A stretch of DNA of 62,417 nt from Candidatus Yanofskybacteria bacterium (GCA_903897805.1 CAIUCV010000022.1:1-62417), one strand, 5' to 3'. Counted from the first letter of the stretch, positions 1-9,152 are shown. The notes: generated by a model not told the origin, from the sequence alone. Made by a program: numbers and translations.

Positions 1-79
1 CGCGATCCAAATCAAGGGCAAAAGCAGCGAAGATAATTATTAAATGGTCGGTGTATCCAATTAATCGATTTAAAAAAAT

Positions 80-235
80 ATGATAAAAGGAAACTTTCTT
101 GGCGCGGCGATCGTTGCAATCATCTACACGGTCTATATTGTATGGCATCCCCTTGCATCACGCTCACAAACAGCAATAATATTAGTGGTTCTTAATGCTT
201 TAACTATCGTGTTGATGGCCTTTGCATTCAAATGA
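80..235 (+). CDS. possible 51-aa two-helix membrane peptide (shorter than ORF-track cutoff)
   Basis: ATG at 80, TGA at 233-235. MIKGNFLGAAIVAIIYTVYIVWHPLASRSQTAIILVVLNALTIVLMAFAFK has two hydrophobic stretches. No SD or family recognised. Confidence 0.2.
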   Translation: MIKGNFLGAAIVAIIYTVYIVWHPLASRSQTAIILVVLNALTIVLMAFAFK

Positions 236-398
236 TGATAAAAAAGAGAAATAAGAATTTGCTGCCAAGCACGCTTTTTATTTCGGCTTCTCTAATTTAG
301 GCACATAATACGTCCTATAATTCTCCCTAATCCATGTTCGGACAGTGTCCACGGCTCGGAGCAAAGGTGTTTGGTTCCAAGCGACCGATAAGCATCCT

Positions 399-427
399 AA
401 AAAGTGCTGGTAATTCCAGCACTTTTT
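399..427. terminator. bidirectional stem-loop terminator
   Basis: AAAAAGTGCTGG-TAATT-CCAGCACTTTTT: 12-bp stem including flanking A/T runs. Confidence 0.6.
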
Positions 428-455
428 AGTTTAGTGTCCCGGTTCCGTCGGCCCC

Positions 456-498
456 TTAACACATGTTAACTATTGCGTTGAAGGTTAACATATGCTAA
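456..498 (+). promoter_or_regulatory. two operator-like palindromes upstream of the HTH/Doc pair
   Basis: TTAACA-ca-TGTTAA (456-469) and TTAACA-ta-TGCTAA (485-498), 29 nt apart, ending 10 nt before the ATG at 508. Confidence 0.35.
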
Positions 499-507
499 GC
501 TTGGTAT

Positions 508-765
508 ATGAAAAATAAAGAGTTTCTCTCTACGGCAGAGTTAGCTAAGCTTCTCGGTGTTAGCCGGGTAACTATATTCAAGAAAATTAGGGCCGGTGAA
601 ATAAAGGCTCAAAAAATTGGGCGTAATTTTGCCATTGCCCACAAAGATCTGCCAAAAGCGTTAGGAACAGTAGTCAGTAATGAACAAAAACAAGCCATCA
701 GCCAAGCAGTAAAAAAAGCCGTTAAACAATACGGCGAAACATTTCGTTTGCTGGGCCAAGAATAA
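508..765 (+). CDS. excisionase/MerR-type helix-turn-helix protein, probable antitoxin for the adjacent Doc
   Basis: LSTAELAKLLGVSRVTIFKKIRAGEIKAQKIG is an excisionase-family HTH. Its stop overlaps the next start (TAATG). Confidence 0.75.
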   Translation: MKNKEFLSTAELAKLLGVSRVTIFKKIRAGEIKAQKIGRNFAIAHKDLPKALGTVVSNEQKQAISQAVKKAVKQYGETFRLLGQE

Positions 766-1196
766 TGAAAACAATCCCGATCTCTATCGCGGAAGTGGAG
801 CTGGTGGCATTTGAATTAGCCCACGAACTTTTAAAATACGACGAACCAATACCGGAATTCGGCAGTCGCTTTCCCGGTATTTTGGAGAGTTGTTTGACTG
901 CGCCGTTTCAACAATTTGGCGGCGAATATCTATATGAAGGATTAATTCTAAAAACCGCCGTACTGTTTTATCTAATGATAAAAAATCATCCCTTCAAGAA
1001 TGGCAATAAACGGATTGCCATGATGGCCATGTTTTATCTGCTTCATAAAAATGGCAAATGGTTAGATGTAGATAATCAAGTGCTATATAATTTTGCTAAA
1101 TGGATAGCGGCTAGTGATCCCTCTGTCAAAAACGCAACTACCCAAGCGATCGAGAAATTCCTTGGTGACCACTTGGTGGATCTGCAAAAATCATGA
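765..1196 (+). CDS. doc: Fic/Doc family toxin (death-on-curing type)
   Basis: Fic motif HPFKNGNKRIAMMA. About 140 aa and translationally coupled to the upstream small HTH gene. Confidence 0.85.
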   Translation: MKTIPISIAEVELVAFELAHELLKYDEPIPEFGSRFPGILESCLTAPFQQFGGEYLYEGLILKTAVLFYLMIKNHPFKNGNKRIAMMAMFYLLHKNGKWLDVDNQVLYNFAKWIAASDPSVKNATTQAIEKFLGDHLVDLQKS

Positions 1197-1271
1197 AAAT
1201 CGTGCCACTAGGTCAGAGCCAACAAAATCGCCAAACAAGCGGTTTTTGTTTTCTGCGGCCGGACTCGTCAG

Positions 1272-1292
1272 ACTCGTTCAAAACGAGTTTTT
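1272..1292 (+). terminator. intrinsic terminator after doc
   Basis: ACTCGTT-caa-AACGAGT followed by TTTT. Confidence 0.5.
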
Positions 1293-1390
1293 CCTCCGGT
1301 ATCAACGAGCGGTTTGCATCCGTTTTCTGACCCCTCTAAACCCCCCTTAGATCCTTGCGAAAAATGGTTTTAAGGCGGTCAGCGGAGCAC
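1291..1390. repeat. copy A of a ~93-nt intergenic direct repeat
   Basis: 1298-1390 is about 88% identical (11 differences by hand alignment) to 3528-3619. No conserved reading frame. Confidence 0.85.
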
Positions 1391-1394
1391 AGAT

Positions 1395-1422
1395 TTGACA
1401 AATACCACACGGGTGGTATATT
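1395..1422 (+). promoter_or_regulatory. sigma70-like promoter
   Basis: TTGACA (1395-1400), 16-nt spacer, TATATT (1417-1422). Followed by SD AAGGAG and the ATG at 1457. Confidence 0.5.
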
Positions 1423-1456
1423 AGTTTCAATTCGTTATTTGACAAAGGAGAGAGCA

Positions 1457-2209
1457 ATGGCAAAGAAATGGACGATACTTGTGTTTACCCTTATATTTAT
1501 CCCATGCTGGGCCAAGCTATTAATAGCACAATCTCAGCCAATTCATCCTGAATACAGATCAAAACTTAGTATTGATGTCTCGTTTGATGTCGGGACCAGC
1601 GTAACCTCATACGAACCCGTCCTGCAAAAGGATTGGCAGCAAATGTTTGTACCAGCCTCAAGCGGGATGAAACCCAGCGCCACTACCCATCCGCTAGCTT
1701 CGGGATTCAAAATGGGCATGACCAGAGTGTTAAGCGGTGATGGCAGTTCATGGCAGATCAAGTTGCCTATTTCGTATCAACTGATCGGTCTCAATTTCAA
1801 TGGCGTCCATCCTAAATTCTATTTGTTTAAAAATGGAGTGGCGGGCACGACTCTAAATTGGTGGGACACGGTCATGGTCAACGATATTGTAGCAGAACAC
1901 TTCACTCCCAGGATCGGGATAGAATTTGCCAAGAAGAATCGTTCATTTGCATTATCTGTCCAGCATTATCGTCTTTTGGCGAGGAACTATGTCGGAAAAG
2001 ATTGTGTTAATTGCCAGAATTCTTCCAAAGTCGTGAGCACGCAACAATTGGAAAGCGGCATAAGCCCCAGGCTGGACATATTCTTCGGAAGAACCAAGCC
2101 CGAACGATATAGCCCCCTGTCCGGACTTCGTTATGGAATCTTCGTGGAAGCGGCCGGGCTCAAGACCTTTAGCTTCGGACTAACCGGACAATGGAATAAT
2201 GCCAGATAA
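1457..2209 (+). CDS. secreted hypothetical protein, beta-strand rich
   Basis: The internal ATG at 1457 has SD AAGGAGAGAG. Signal peptide MAKKWTILVFTLIFIPCWAKLLIAQ. No family recognised. Confidence 0.6.
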   Translation: MAKKWTILVFTLIFIPCWAKLLIAQSQPIHPEYRSKLSIDVSFDVGTSVTSYEPVLQKDWQQMFVPASSGMKPSATTHPLASGFKMGMTRVLSGDGSSWQIKLPISYQLIGLNFNGVHPKFYLFKNGVAGTTLNWWDTVMVNDIVAEHFTPRIGIEFAKKNRSFALSVQHYRLLARNYVGKDCVNCQNSSKVVSTQQLESGISPRLDIFFGRTKPERYSPLSGLRYGIFVEAAGLKTFSFGLTGQWNNAR

Positions 2210-2216
2210 ATCCAAA

Positions 2217-2248
2217 GGGTCGGAAACTATTGTTTCCACCCCTTTTTT
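2217..2248 (+). terminator. intrinsic terminator
   Basis: GGGT-c-GGAAAC-tatt-GTTTCC-ACCC followed by a T6 run. Confidence 0.6.
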
Positions 2249-2349
2249 ATATTTAAGTTTTTCTTGGGATTGATTTTTTTATAAAAATTGGTAGAATCTT
2301 TCTTGTAAAAAAGAAACGTTCTTTGACAAATAAAGGAAGGAGATACGGT

Positions 2350-3453
2350 ATGAAAATTGGATTTGTAGGCTGGAGAGGAATGGTCGGTTCCGTTTTAAGA
2401 GAAAGAATGCACGAAGAAGGGGACTTTGAGTATCTACCTGATCGAATTTTCTTCAGTACGTCAAACGTTGGCAGCCAAGGGCCACCCGTTGCAGGGGAGC
2501 AGCCATTGGAAGATGCGAATAGCATTACCGCTCTTAGAAAATGTGATATTATTGTGACCTGTCAAGGAAGCGAATGGACGTCTAGGACGTACCCTCAATT
2601 AAGGAAAAGAGGATGGAAAGGGATCTGGCTTGATACGGCTTCTGCTCTCCGAATGGAGAAAAACAGCGTTATTGTTCTTGACCCCTTAAACAGGGAAATG
2701 ATTAAAGAAGGTCTAAAGAGTGGAATTAAAACTTTCGTTGGGGGAAACTGCACTGTAAGCCTTATGCTTATGGCATGCCACGGACTTTTCAAAAAGAATC
2801 TTGTAGAATGGATAAATTCCGATACCTACCAAGCCGCTTCCGGCGCCGGCGCTAGATATATGCAGGAGCTTATTAAGCAGATGGTATCCATTAGCGAAGT
2901 AAGCAATCCTGTTGCAGATGCACTCGAACTTGATAGGGCAGTTATTGAGCGTTTACGGTCTCCCGATTTCCCAACTGAAAGTTTCGGCGTTCCATTGGCA
3001 TGTAGTTTGATTCCTTGGATCGATCGAGCTGTCAAAGCCGGGCAAATGGGGCAGACAAAAGAAGAGTGGAAGGGTTTTGCTGAGGCAAATAAGATTTTGG
3101 GAACAAAAACGCCTATTCCAATCGGCGGGATATGCGTCCGCATTGGCGCGATGCGTTGCCATAGTCAGGCATTACTAATAAAACTTAAAAACGATATCCC
3201 ACTAAATGAAATTACAAAGATCATCGCGGACGCTAATGAATGGGTCAGGGTTGTTCCTAATAAAGAAGAAACAACTATTGATCAGCTTACTCCTGGGGCC
3301 GTATCGGGAACACTTACTATTGCAATTGGCCGTCTTCATAAAGCGAGAATGGGATCCACGTACCTTAGAGCTTTCACCGTTGGCGATCAACTTCTTTGGG
3401 GAGCCGCCGAACCGATACGGAGAGCTTTACGCATTATTTTAGGAACTTTATAG
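2350..3453 (+). CDS. asd: aspartate-semialdehyde dehydrogenase
   Basis: MKIGFVGWRGMVGSVL N-terminus and active-site GGNCTVS. SD AAGGAAGGAG lies before the ATG at 2350 (the ORF track starts at an upstream TTG). Confidence 0.92.
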   Translation: MKIGFVGWRGMVGSVLRERMHEEGDFEYLPDRIFFSTSNVGSQGPPVAGEQPLEDANSITALRKCDIIVTCQGSEWTSRTYPQLRKRGWKGIWLDTASALRMEKNSVIVLDPLNREMIKEGLKSGIKTFVGGNCTVSLMLMACHGLFKKNLVEWINSDTYQAASGAGARYMQELIKQMVSISEVSNPVADALELDRAVIERLRSPDFPTESFGVPLACSLIPWIDRAVKAGQMGQTKEEWKGFAEANKILGTKTPIPIGGICVRIGAMRCHSQALLIKLKNDIPLNEITKIIADANEWVRVVPNKEETTIDQLTPGAVSGTLTIAIGRLHKARMGSTYLRAFTVGDQLLWGAAEPIRRALRIILGTL

Positions 3454-3519
3454 GACTCTTATTATTAAAAGATTGTTAGCTTTATGCTGCCGGTCTTTTT
3501 TACTGTCTCACTGGTCTCA

Positions 3520-3619
3520 TCCTTCGGGGTATCGGCGAGCGGTTTGTATCCGTTTTCCAGCCCCTCAAAACCCCCTTAAATCCTTGCGAAAAATGGTTCT
3601 AAGGCGGTCAGCGGAGCAT
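3520..3619. repeat. copy B of the ~93-nt intergenic direct repeat
   Basis: See copy A. Lies between the asd stop and the terminator at 3625-3650. Confidence 0.85.
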
Positions 3620-3624
3620 CTATA

Positions 3625-3650
3625 AAAAAGCCAGACAAAACTGGCTTTTT
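3625..3650 (+). terminator. intrinsic terminator
   Basis: AAAAAGCCAG-acaaaa-CTGGCTTTTT. Confidence 0.65.
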
Positions 3651-3699
3651 GGTTTGACCCTTAGTGGACGTTAGATTTTTTTGGTTTTATAATAAGATC

Positions 3700-3882
3700 A
3701 TGGAAAAACGTCCTCTTTGGGTTTACGTAATTGGTGTCATCATCGCGCTTGTGATCGTTAACTATATTGCATGGCTCACGGGCGGTGCAACGAAATTCAA
3801 AACCTCAGAATTGGTCTCCATGGGGTTTTTATTGGGAATGCTGGCAATGTATATAGCGGTGCATCTTTATCGGTGGAAATAA
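3700..3882 (+). CDS. small two-TM membrane protein, possibly leaderless
   Basis: MEKRPLWVYVIGVIIALVIVNY... TATAAT at 3688-3693 ends 6 nt before the ATG at 3700. No family recognised. Confidence 0.45.
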   Translation: MEKRPLWVYVIGVIIALVIVNYIAWLTGGATKFKTSELVSMGFLLGMLAMYIAVHLYRWK

Positions 3883-3973
3883 GGTCTTATTGGAAAGCTG
3901 ATAAAAACCACCTTTTTATTTGGGTGGTTTTTTTGTTTACACTGAGCCTATTGAAGTGATAAGATAGGGGAAT

Positions 3974-4603
3974 ATGAAAAATAACAAAGGTATTGTGCCA
4001 ATTTTTGTAGTTTTAATAATCGTTGGGGTTTTGGCTTTGGGAGGAGGGATATTTTTTTTGGTAAAGAATCTGCAGAAACCAATTGCTTGCACCCAGGAGG
4101 CAAAAATTTGTCCTGACGGCTCTGCTGTTGGCCGCACCGGTCCTAATTGTGAATTTTCTCCCTGTCCGGACCAGACCGCTAATTGGAAAACATCCGTCCC
4201 TACCGATAAGGGCGTCACATTTCGATATCCGGAGAATCTGTTAACCAACTATATCCGTCCTCAAGAATGGCCTCCGAAGTTACTAATAATAGACAATGCC
4301 GGATTTTCATGCGAAGAAGGCGGGCTAGGGATAAATGGTCGTCCCGGCATGACAATACAAAAAAGTATAAATAATACTGTTTATTGCATTGAGAATGTCA
4401 GCGAAGGAGCAGCCGGAACCTTTTATACGGATTATACCTACACGTTCTTAAAAGACGGTAAACTTGTTAAACTTACTTTTACTTTGGCGTATCCGCAGTG
4501 TGATAATTATGACGATCCGCAAAAGACGGAATGCGAGCAGGAGCGCCAGACTTTTGACCTGGATGTATTGATCGGTCGTATCGCGGAAAGTGTGCAGTTA
4601 TAA
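3974..4603 (+). CDS. membrane-anchored or secreted Cys-containing hypothetical protein
   Basis: N-terminal TM/signal IVPIFVVLIIVGVLALGGGIFFLV, with several Cys pairs in the ectodomain. Confidence 0.6.
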   Translation: MKNNKGIVPIFVVLIIVGVLALGGGIFFLVKNLQKPIACTQEAKICPDGSAVGRTGPNCEFSPCPDQTANWKTSVPTDKGVTFRYPENLLTNYIRPQEWPPKLLIIDNAGFSCEEGGLGINGRPGMTIQKSINNTVYCIENVSEGAAGTFYTDYTYTFLKDGKLVKLTFTLAYPQCDNYDDPQKTECEQERQTFDLDVLIGRIAESVQL

Positions 4604-4839
4604 TACTTGCTCAGAAAAAAATTCAGGGAATTAGTATCATTTAGTTCTACAATTGATAGCATTGAAAAAGTAAAAAAGTAAATCATGATGCAAGGTTCTA
4701 AGCGCCCTACGATAACATCGAAGGGCTTTTTTATACCAAACAGGTTCTAACATCGTTCATGCGGGCGAGCCAACGTTCTACTTGACAACGGGTGCTAGGT
4801 CGGCAATGATAGAGGCGCGTAGTACATTAACAAAGGAGC

Positions 4840-5154
4840 ATGGCAATGGACTTCTGGGCCCAGCACTCAATTCTCTTCGTTATTGGCTTAATACTTTGGC
4901 CTCGAATAATCCTTCTCTATTTCGGACATATCCCGTCGTTGTCTTTACCGCCGATTTTTGGATTCATCTTTGTGCCGAGATTGCTGCTGGTCGGTTTTCT
5001 GACTCCCCAGTACTGGGGTACCAACCCATTTTTAATTGCCATTTGCTGGATATTGGCCGTTGTTATTGACGTGTTTGCCCTTATTAGTAAGACAGGAATG
5101 AGCATTAAAATGGCCCAAGAGCATTTCAAAACGGTTCAAGGGCGCCTCTCGTAA
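4840..5154 (+). CDS. small integral membrane protein (3-4 helices)
   Basis: SD AAGGAG lies before the ATG at 4840. Hydrophobic throughout. Terminator follows at 5196-5217. Confidence 0.55.
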   Translation: MAMDFWAQHSILFVIGLILWPRIILLYFGHIPSLSLPPIFGFIFVPRLLLVGFLTPQYWGTNPFLIAICWILAVVIDVFALISKTGMSIKMAQEHFKTVQGRLS

Positions 5155-5195
5155 CATCCGAAAAAGAGGGCTCCTCGCTCTGGAAGTCAAGAGCA

Positions 5196-5217
5196 CCCAC
5201 ATTCGTGTGGGTTTTTT
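5196..5217 (+). terminator. intrinsic terminator
   Basis: CCCACA-ttcg-TGTGGG followed by T6. Confidence 0.7.
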
Positions 5218-5263
5218 CTTGTCTAAAATAGGTTCTAACATCGTCCATCCAACGGCATAAATA

Positions 5264-5287
5264 AAAAAACGCCGATGAGGCGTTTTT
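5264..5287. terminator. bidirectional terminator
   Basis: AAAAAACGCC-gatga-GGCGTTTTT, positioned to end the minus-strand gene 5318-5926. Confidence 0.65.
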
Positions 5288-5317
5288 GTTTTGGAGCTTA
5301 CTAACTCCTAATGGTGT

Positions 5318-5926
5318 CTAGCGAGATTTTGAGCCGCGAGGACTCTGACCGCGCGCAGGAGATTGAGATGGGGCCGGGGGAGCAACTCTAATCGGTTCGG
5401 GTCGGGGAGCTGGCGAAGCCGAAGGTTTGGGTTGTGTATAGCGAGGAGGTGACGGCACGGGGGAGCGCAACTCACGGCTCCTTTGTGGATCTTGCGCGGG
5501 TCCAACAGGTGGTCTGGCTGGTGGCCTAGCCGGAACATAAACGGGAGGTCTGAGCGGAATTGAACGGCGGCCATAACTTGGCGGATAGGACCAATGTCTT
5601 TGCCAATAATATGAAGAATACCAATAACCGCCGTAGAAATAGTAATCATTCCATAGATAAGGATACGGCAAGTATTCTAGGTCGTAATGATGGCGCCGGC
5701 CACAAAGCTGACAGATGAAATCCATCCTGAAATGCCTGTCACCCGGGCATTTGATAACCGTGGTTTCATAAGATGCGCCCACGTAAGGGCATACAAACCG
5801 AACTGTCATTACTTGCACGCCGGGATCTCCGACCAAGCATGGCGTAAGCCGTCTGATGGCACAACCGGCAAAAATGACGCACACAAAGATAGCAAAAGCG
5901 ATAAGTGCAAATCTCCATCGTGACAT
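5318..5926 (-). CDS. predicted lipoprotein with a Cys/aromatic core and a Pro/Arg-rich tail
   Basis: Signal plus lipobox IFAGC. Tyr/Trp-rich segment YYFYGGYWYSSYYWQRHW. The C-terminal 90 aa are P/R/S/A rich. Confidence 0.6.
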   Translation of the reverse strand: MSRWRFALIAFAIFVCVIFAGCAIRRLTPCLVGDPGVQVMTVRFVCPYVGASYETTVIKCPGDRHFRMDFICQLCGRRHHYDLEYLPYPYLWNDYYFYGGYWYSSYYWQRHWSYPPSYGRRSIPLRPPVYVPARPPARPPVGPAQDPQRSRELRSPVPSPPRYTQPKPSASPAPRPEPIRVAPPAPSQSPARGQSPRGSKSR

Positions 5927-6110
5927 AATTCCCCCCTTTTTTTAAATCCTCGGCTTTTTAAGGAGCCATCTTTATATTATATTTGATAAGAACTATCGTC
6001 AAATGTTTGTTCCGCCAGCGCTTAAGCAATCGGTGGCGGCGGGGATTTACAGACGGCGCAGTTTGCGCTATTTTATTTTTAGCTCGCGAACCTTCAAAAA
6101 TAGGAGCCGA

Positions 6111-6662
6111 ATGGGACTATTCTTCACCGCCGATACGCATTTTGGCCATGCGAACATTATCAAGCAATGTCACCGCCCCTTTGAAGATATGTATGAGATG
6201 GACGAGGGCCTTATAGCGAGGTGGAACAGCATTGTGAGCAATGATGATACTGTTTACCATCTTGGCGATTTTGCGTGGAGGATCGGCAAAAAGAAAATGA
6301 CCACGATTTTAACGCGGCTCAATGGTATAAAGTTTTTATGCCGCGGCACTCATGATGGGCGCATACTGAAGCTGGCCAGATATTTTGAGGGAATCAAGGA
6401 CTCGTTTTTTACAGAAATAAACGGGGGCCAATTTGTCTTTATGAGCCATTGCCACCAAGAAGTCTGGCCAGAGATGAATCACGGGAGCTGGCATCTATTT
6501 GGACATTCTCATGGCAAACTGAATACCTACGCGGAACAGCATGGGAAACTACTGGATGTGGGTGTTGATTCTCATGATTTCTGCCCGTGGTCCCTTGCGG
6601 AAGTTGCTCAAGTTATGGCCACCCGACCGCCAAACTTTAATGAATTAAGACAAGCTAAATAA
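6111..6662 (+). CDS. metallophosphoesterase family protein
   Basis: MGLFFTADTHFGH (DxH), LGDF, GHSHG motifs. SD TAGGAG lies before the ATG at 6111. Confidence 0.8.
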   Translation: MGLFFTADTHFGHANIIKQCHRPFEDMYEMDEGLIARWNSIVSNDDTVYHLGDFAWRIGKKKMTTILTRLNGIKFLCRGTHDGRILKLARYFEGIKDSFFTEINGGQFVFMSHCHQEVWPEMNHGSWHLFGHSHGKLNTYAEQHGKLLDVGVDSHDFCPWSLAEVAQVMATRPPNFNELRQAK

Positions 6663-6759
6663 AGTCGGCATAAACCGGGGAAACTCGGTTTTATTTTACA
6701 AATAACGGCCGATATTCTATGGTTGAGAGAGTTCGTTTAAAAAGTGGCTGGAGGTGATA

Positions 6760-8322
6760 ATGGAATTACCCAAAAGCGCCAGTCGGCCTTTGTTTCGTGT
6801 TATTGTGCCGGCTTTTCCGGAGGTTAATATTTTTACCTGGGCGGCAAAAAAGACGACCCCTCTGGGCCCGATAACCGTAGCAACAGCGGCCAGTTCGGTC
6901 TGGGGCTGGCAAGTTGAGGTTATTGACGAAAATAATTATTGCGGCCCCCTAGATGCGGCTGGTTTGCCCGACCATGAGAAATTGCAAAAAGAAAACCCGG
7001 CTTCCGTTGTCGGATTTTATTGCGGACTTTCGTCCACAATAGATAGGGTTTTTGAATTAGCCAGATTTTATCACGAACGCGGGACTTTTAATCTTGCCGG
7101 TAGCTGGCATGCCCATTATCTTCCCGAAGAATCTCTGAAACGGGATATTGATATGGTAATTCATGGCGACGCCGATGACGCAATCAGGCAGATTCTTAGC
7201 CGGATAAGCGAGCGCAAACCGTTTGCCGATGTACCGGGGATTTCTTTTATGGAAAACGGTCTATACAGGAGAAATCCTCCCCAAATGCTTGAGATTGACC
7301 TTAATTCTCTTCCTTCCCCCAATTTCGGACTTTTGAGATATCCGAAAAAATTGAAGACCTATCCGATAAACCGAATTCGCGGATGCGATATGAATTGTGA
7401 ATTTTGCAGCGTAAAAGGCAAACCAAGATGGGCTGAGCCGGAGCGGCTTTTTGAAACTGTGAGTTGGCTGGTTGACACAAGAGGCGCTGACTACTTTTTT
7501 ATTGTTGACGACCGTTTGGAAGAAAATATCGGTGGAACTATCAGATTTTTTGAAATGGTTGCCGAAAAATATGGCAGGAGCTTAGGATTCACTGTTCAGA
7601 TAAGATTGGAATCGGCGAAGAATCAAGTGTTTCTTGAAGCCATGGATAAGGCGGGTGTTAAGATAGTTTGCGTCGGTTTTGAATCGCCGATCGATGAGGA
7701 CTTGAGGGCGATGCAGAAAGGTTATCTTTCAAAAAATATGGTTGAATGGAGCAGAATTTTGCGGCGCTATTTCAAAGTTCACGGAATGTTTATATTCGGC
7801 TATCCTCATAAAAAGAAAGTCACGGAACTTAGCGTGGAAGAGATGATTAAGAGATTCAAAAAATTTATTCACGAAGCCCAAATCAGCACCATCCAGATTT
7901 TGCATCCGGGGCCGGGAGTCGGCTCTGACTTGCGTGATAGGTTGGAAAGAGAAGGCCGGCTTTTCCCGCTGGACGTTGTGCCATGGAGCAATTATGACGG
8001 CAGTTACGTCTGTTTTACTCCGGATAATATGACGCTTGCCGAGCTGCAAGAAACGCCTATTAAGATAATGAAGTGGTTTTATAGCTCGTTGAGTTTTTTC
8101 AGAATACCGCTAAGAACGCTTTCTTTTCCGGCCCATTATCTAATCAAGGGCTGGCGGCATTGGTATTACGGTTGGTGGAGTGACCTCGTAAAATACGGCG
8201 GCCATTTACTCATCAAGCAATGGCTTAAGGGACAAAAGCAAGACCAATTTTTAACCAGAATTAAAAAATATTCCAAAGAAAAAAAATCCAGCCCGGGCAA
8301 TTTTCCAATTATCGGCGGCTAA
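6760..8322 (+). CDS. B12-binding-domain radical SAM protein
   Basis: CxxxCxxC cluster motif CDMNCEFC preceded by a Rossmann-like N-terminal domain. GGAGG SD lies before the ATG at 6760. Confidence 0.8.
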   Translation: MELPKSASRPLFRVIVPAFPEVNIFTWAAKKTTPLGPITVATAASSVWGWQVEVIDENNYCGPLDAAGLPDHEKLQKENPASVVGFYCGLSSTIDRVFELARFYHERGTFNLAGSWHAHYLPEESLKRDIDMVIHGDADDAIRQILSRISERKPFADVPGISFMENGLYRRNPPQMLEIDLNSLPSPNFGLLRYPKKLKTYPINRIRGCDMNCEFCSVKGKPRWAEPERLFETVSWLVDTRGADYFFIVDDRLEENIGGTIRFFEMVAEKYGRSLGFTVQIRLESAKNQVFLEAMDKAGVKIVCVGFESPIDEDLRAMQKGYLSKNMVEWSRILRRYFKVHGMFIFGYPHKKKVTELSVEEMIKRFKKFIHEAQISTIQILHPGPGVGSDLRDRLEREGRLFPLDVVPWSNYDGSYVCFTPDNMTLAELQETPIKIMKWFYSSLSFFRIPLRTLSFPAHYLIKGWRHWYYGWWSDLVKYGGHLLIKQWLKGQKQDQFLTRIKKYSKEKKSSPGNFPIIGG

Positions 8323-8485
8323 TCTCGTAACGCATACGGATGTACGTTACGGGGCTAAGCCGCCTTTTGTTTATTCATGCATTCATGAATAACGCCCCGG
8401 TTCATTTAACAGCTCTTGTTTATTGAGGGGAAACTCGGTTTTTTTTATGTCTTGCCGAATATGTTATTATGATCCTGCAAAGTAT

Positions 8486-9100
8486 ATGCACACTGCTAAT
8501 AAAAAATTCGTTGAACAGCTGGTCCGGCAGGGGCGGATTAAGACCAAGGCAATCATCAGTGCCTTTTTTAAGATTGACAGGATTAATTTCGTGCCCGACG
8601 AATTCAGGGGTGAGGCGTATTTTGATATACCGGTTCCTATTTTCAGCGGTATGACGACGAGTCAGCCTAGCACCATCGCGTTTATGCTTGAAAAATTACA
8701 ACCGCGAAAGGGCGAGAAAGTGCTTGAAGTCGGGACAGGTTCCGGTTACCCTACCGCCCTGCTTTCGGTATTGGTGGGGGAAAGCGGCAAAGTTTTTTCA
8801 ATTGAATATTTTCAGGAACTGAAAGAGTTTGCGGAGTCAAATTTGCGCCGGTATAATTTTAAGAACGTTATGCTTCTGGCCGGCGATGGGAAAGTCGGCT
8901 TCCCGCAGGAGGCTCCTTTTGACAAAATCGTTTCGTCGGCGGAAACAAAAGAAATCCCCAGGGCGTGGGAAGAACAGTTGAAAATCGGCGGCTCAATCCT
9001 TACGCCGATTGATTCAAAAATAGTTCTTGCCAAGAAAGTAGCCAAAAACAAATTTGACGCGGAATTTTTCTCCGCCTTCAGCTTCGTCCCGCTTTTGTAA
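8486..9100 (+). CDS. pcm: protein-L-isoaspartate O-methyltransferase
   Basis: VLEVGTGSGYPTALL SAM motif, about 205 aa, typical PIMT layout. Start taken at the internal ATG at 8486. Confidence 0.85.
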   Translation: MHTANKKFVEQLVRQGRIKTKAIISAFFKIDRINFVPDEFRGEAYFDIPVPIFSGMTTSQPSTIAFMLEKLQPRKGEKVLEVGTGSGYPTALLSVLVGESGKVFSIEYFQELKEFAESNLRRYNFKNVMLLAGDGKVGFPQEAPFDKIVSSAETKEIPRAWEEQLKIGGSILTPIDSKIVLAKKVAKNKFDAEFFSAFSFVPLL

Positions 9101-9152
9101 CAAGTGACCTAGCGACCAGTAAAAATCAATGTCTTGCGATGACGTTGAGATG

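Noticed and set aside
1457-2209. Reading the secreted 250-aa protein as an outer-membrane beta-barrel.
   Set aside because: Alternating hydrophobic strands are suggestive, but there is no terminal aromatic signature. CPR cells are generally thought to lack an outer membrane. This cannot be supported from sequence alone.
4742-5248. 19-nt repeat AGGTTCTAACATCGT[T/C]CAT flanking the small membrane gene 4840-5154.
   Set aside because: It is short, has one mismatch, and is of marginal statistical weight. There are no terminal inverted repeats or recombinase nearby. Kept only as a note.
6677-8442. Exact 16-mer GGGGAAACTCGGTTTT on both sides of the radical SAM gene (6677-6692 and 8427-8442).
   Set aside because: About 0.5-1 such 16-mer coincidence is expected in 62 kb on two strands. 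The flanks show no further similarity.
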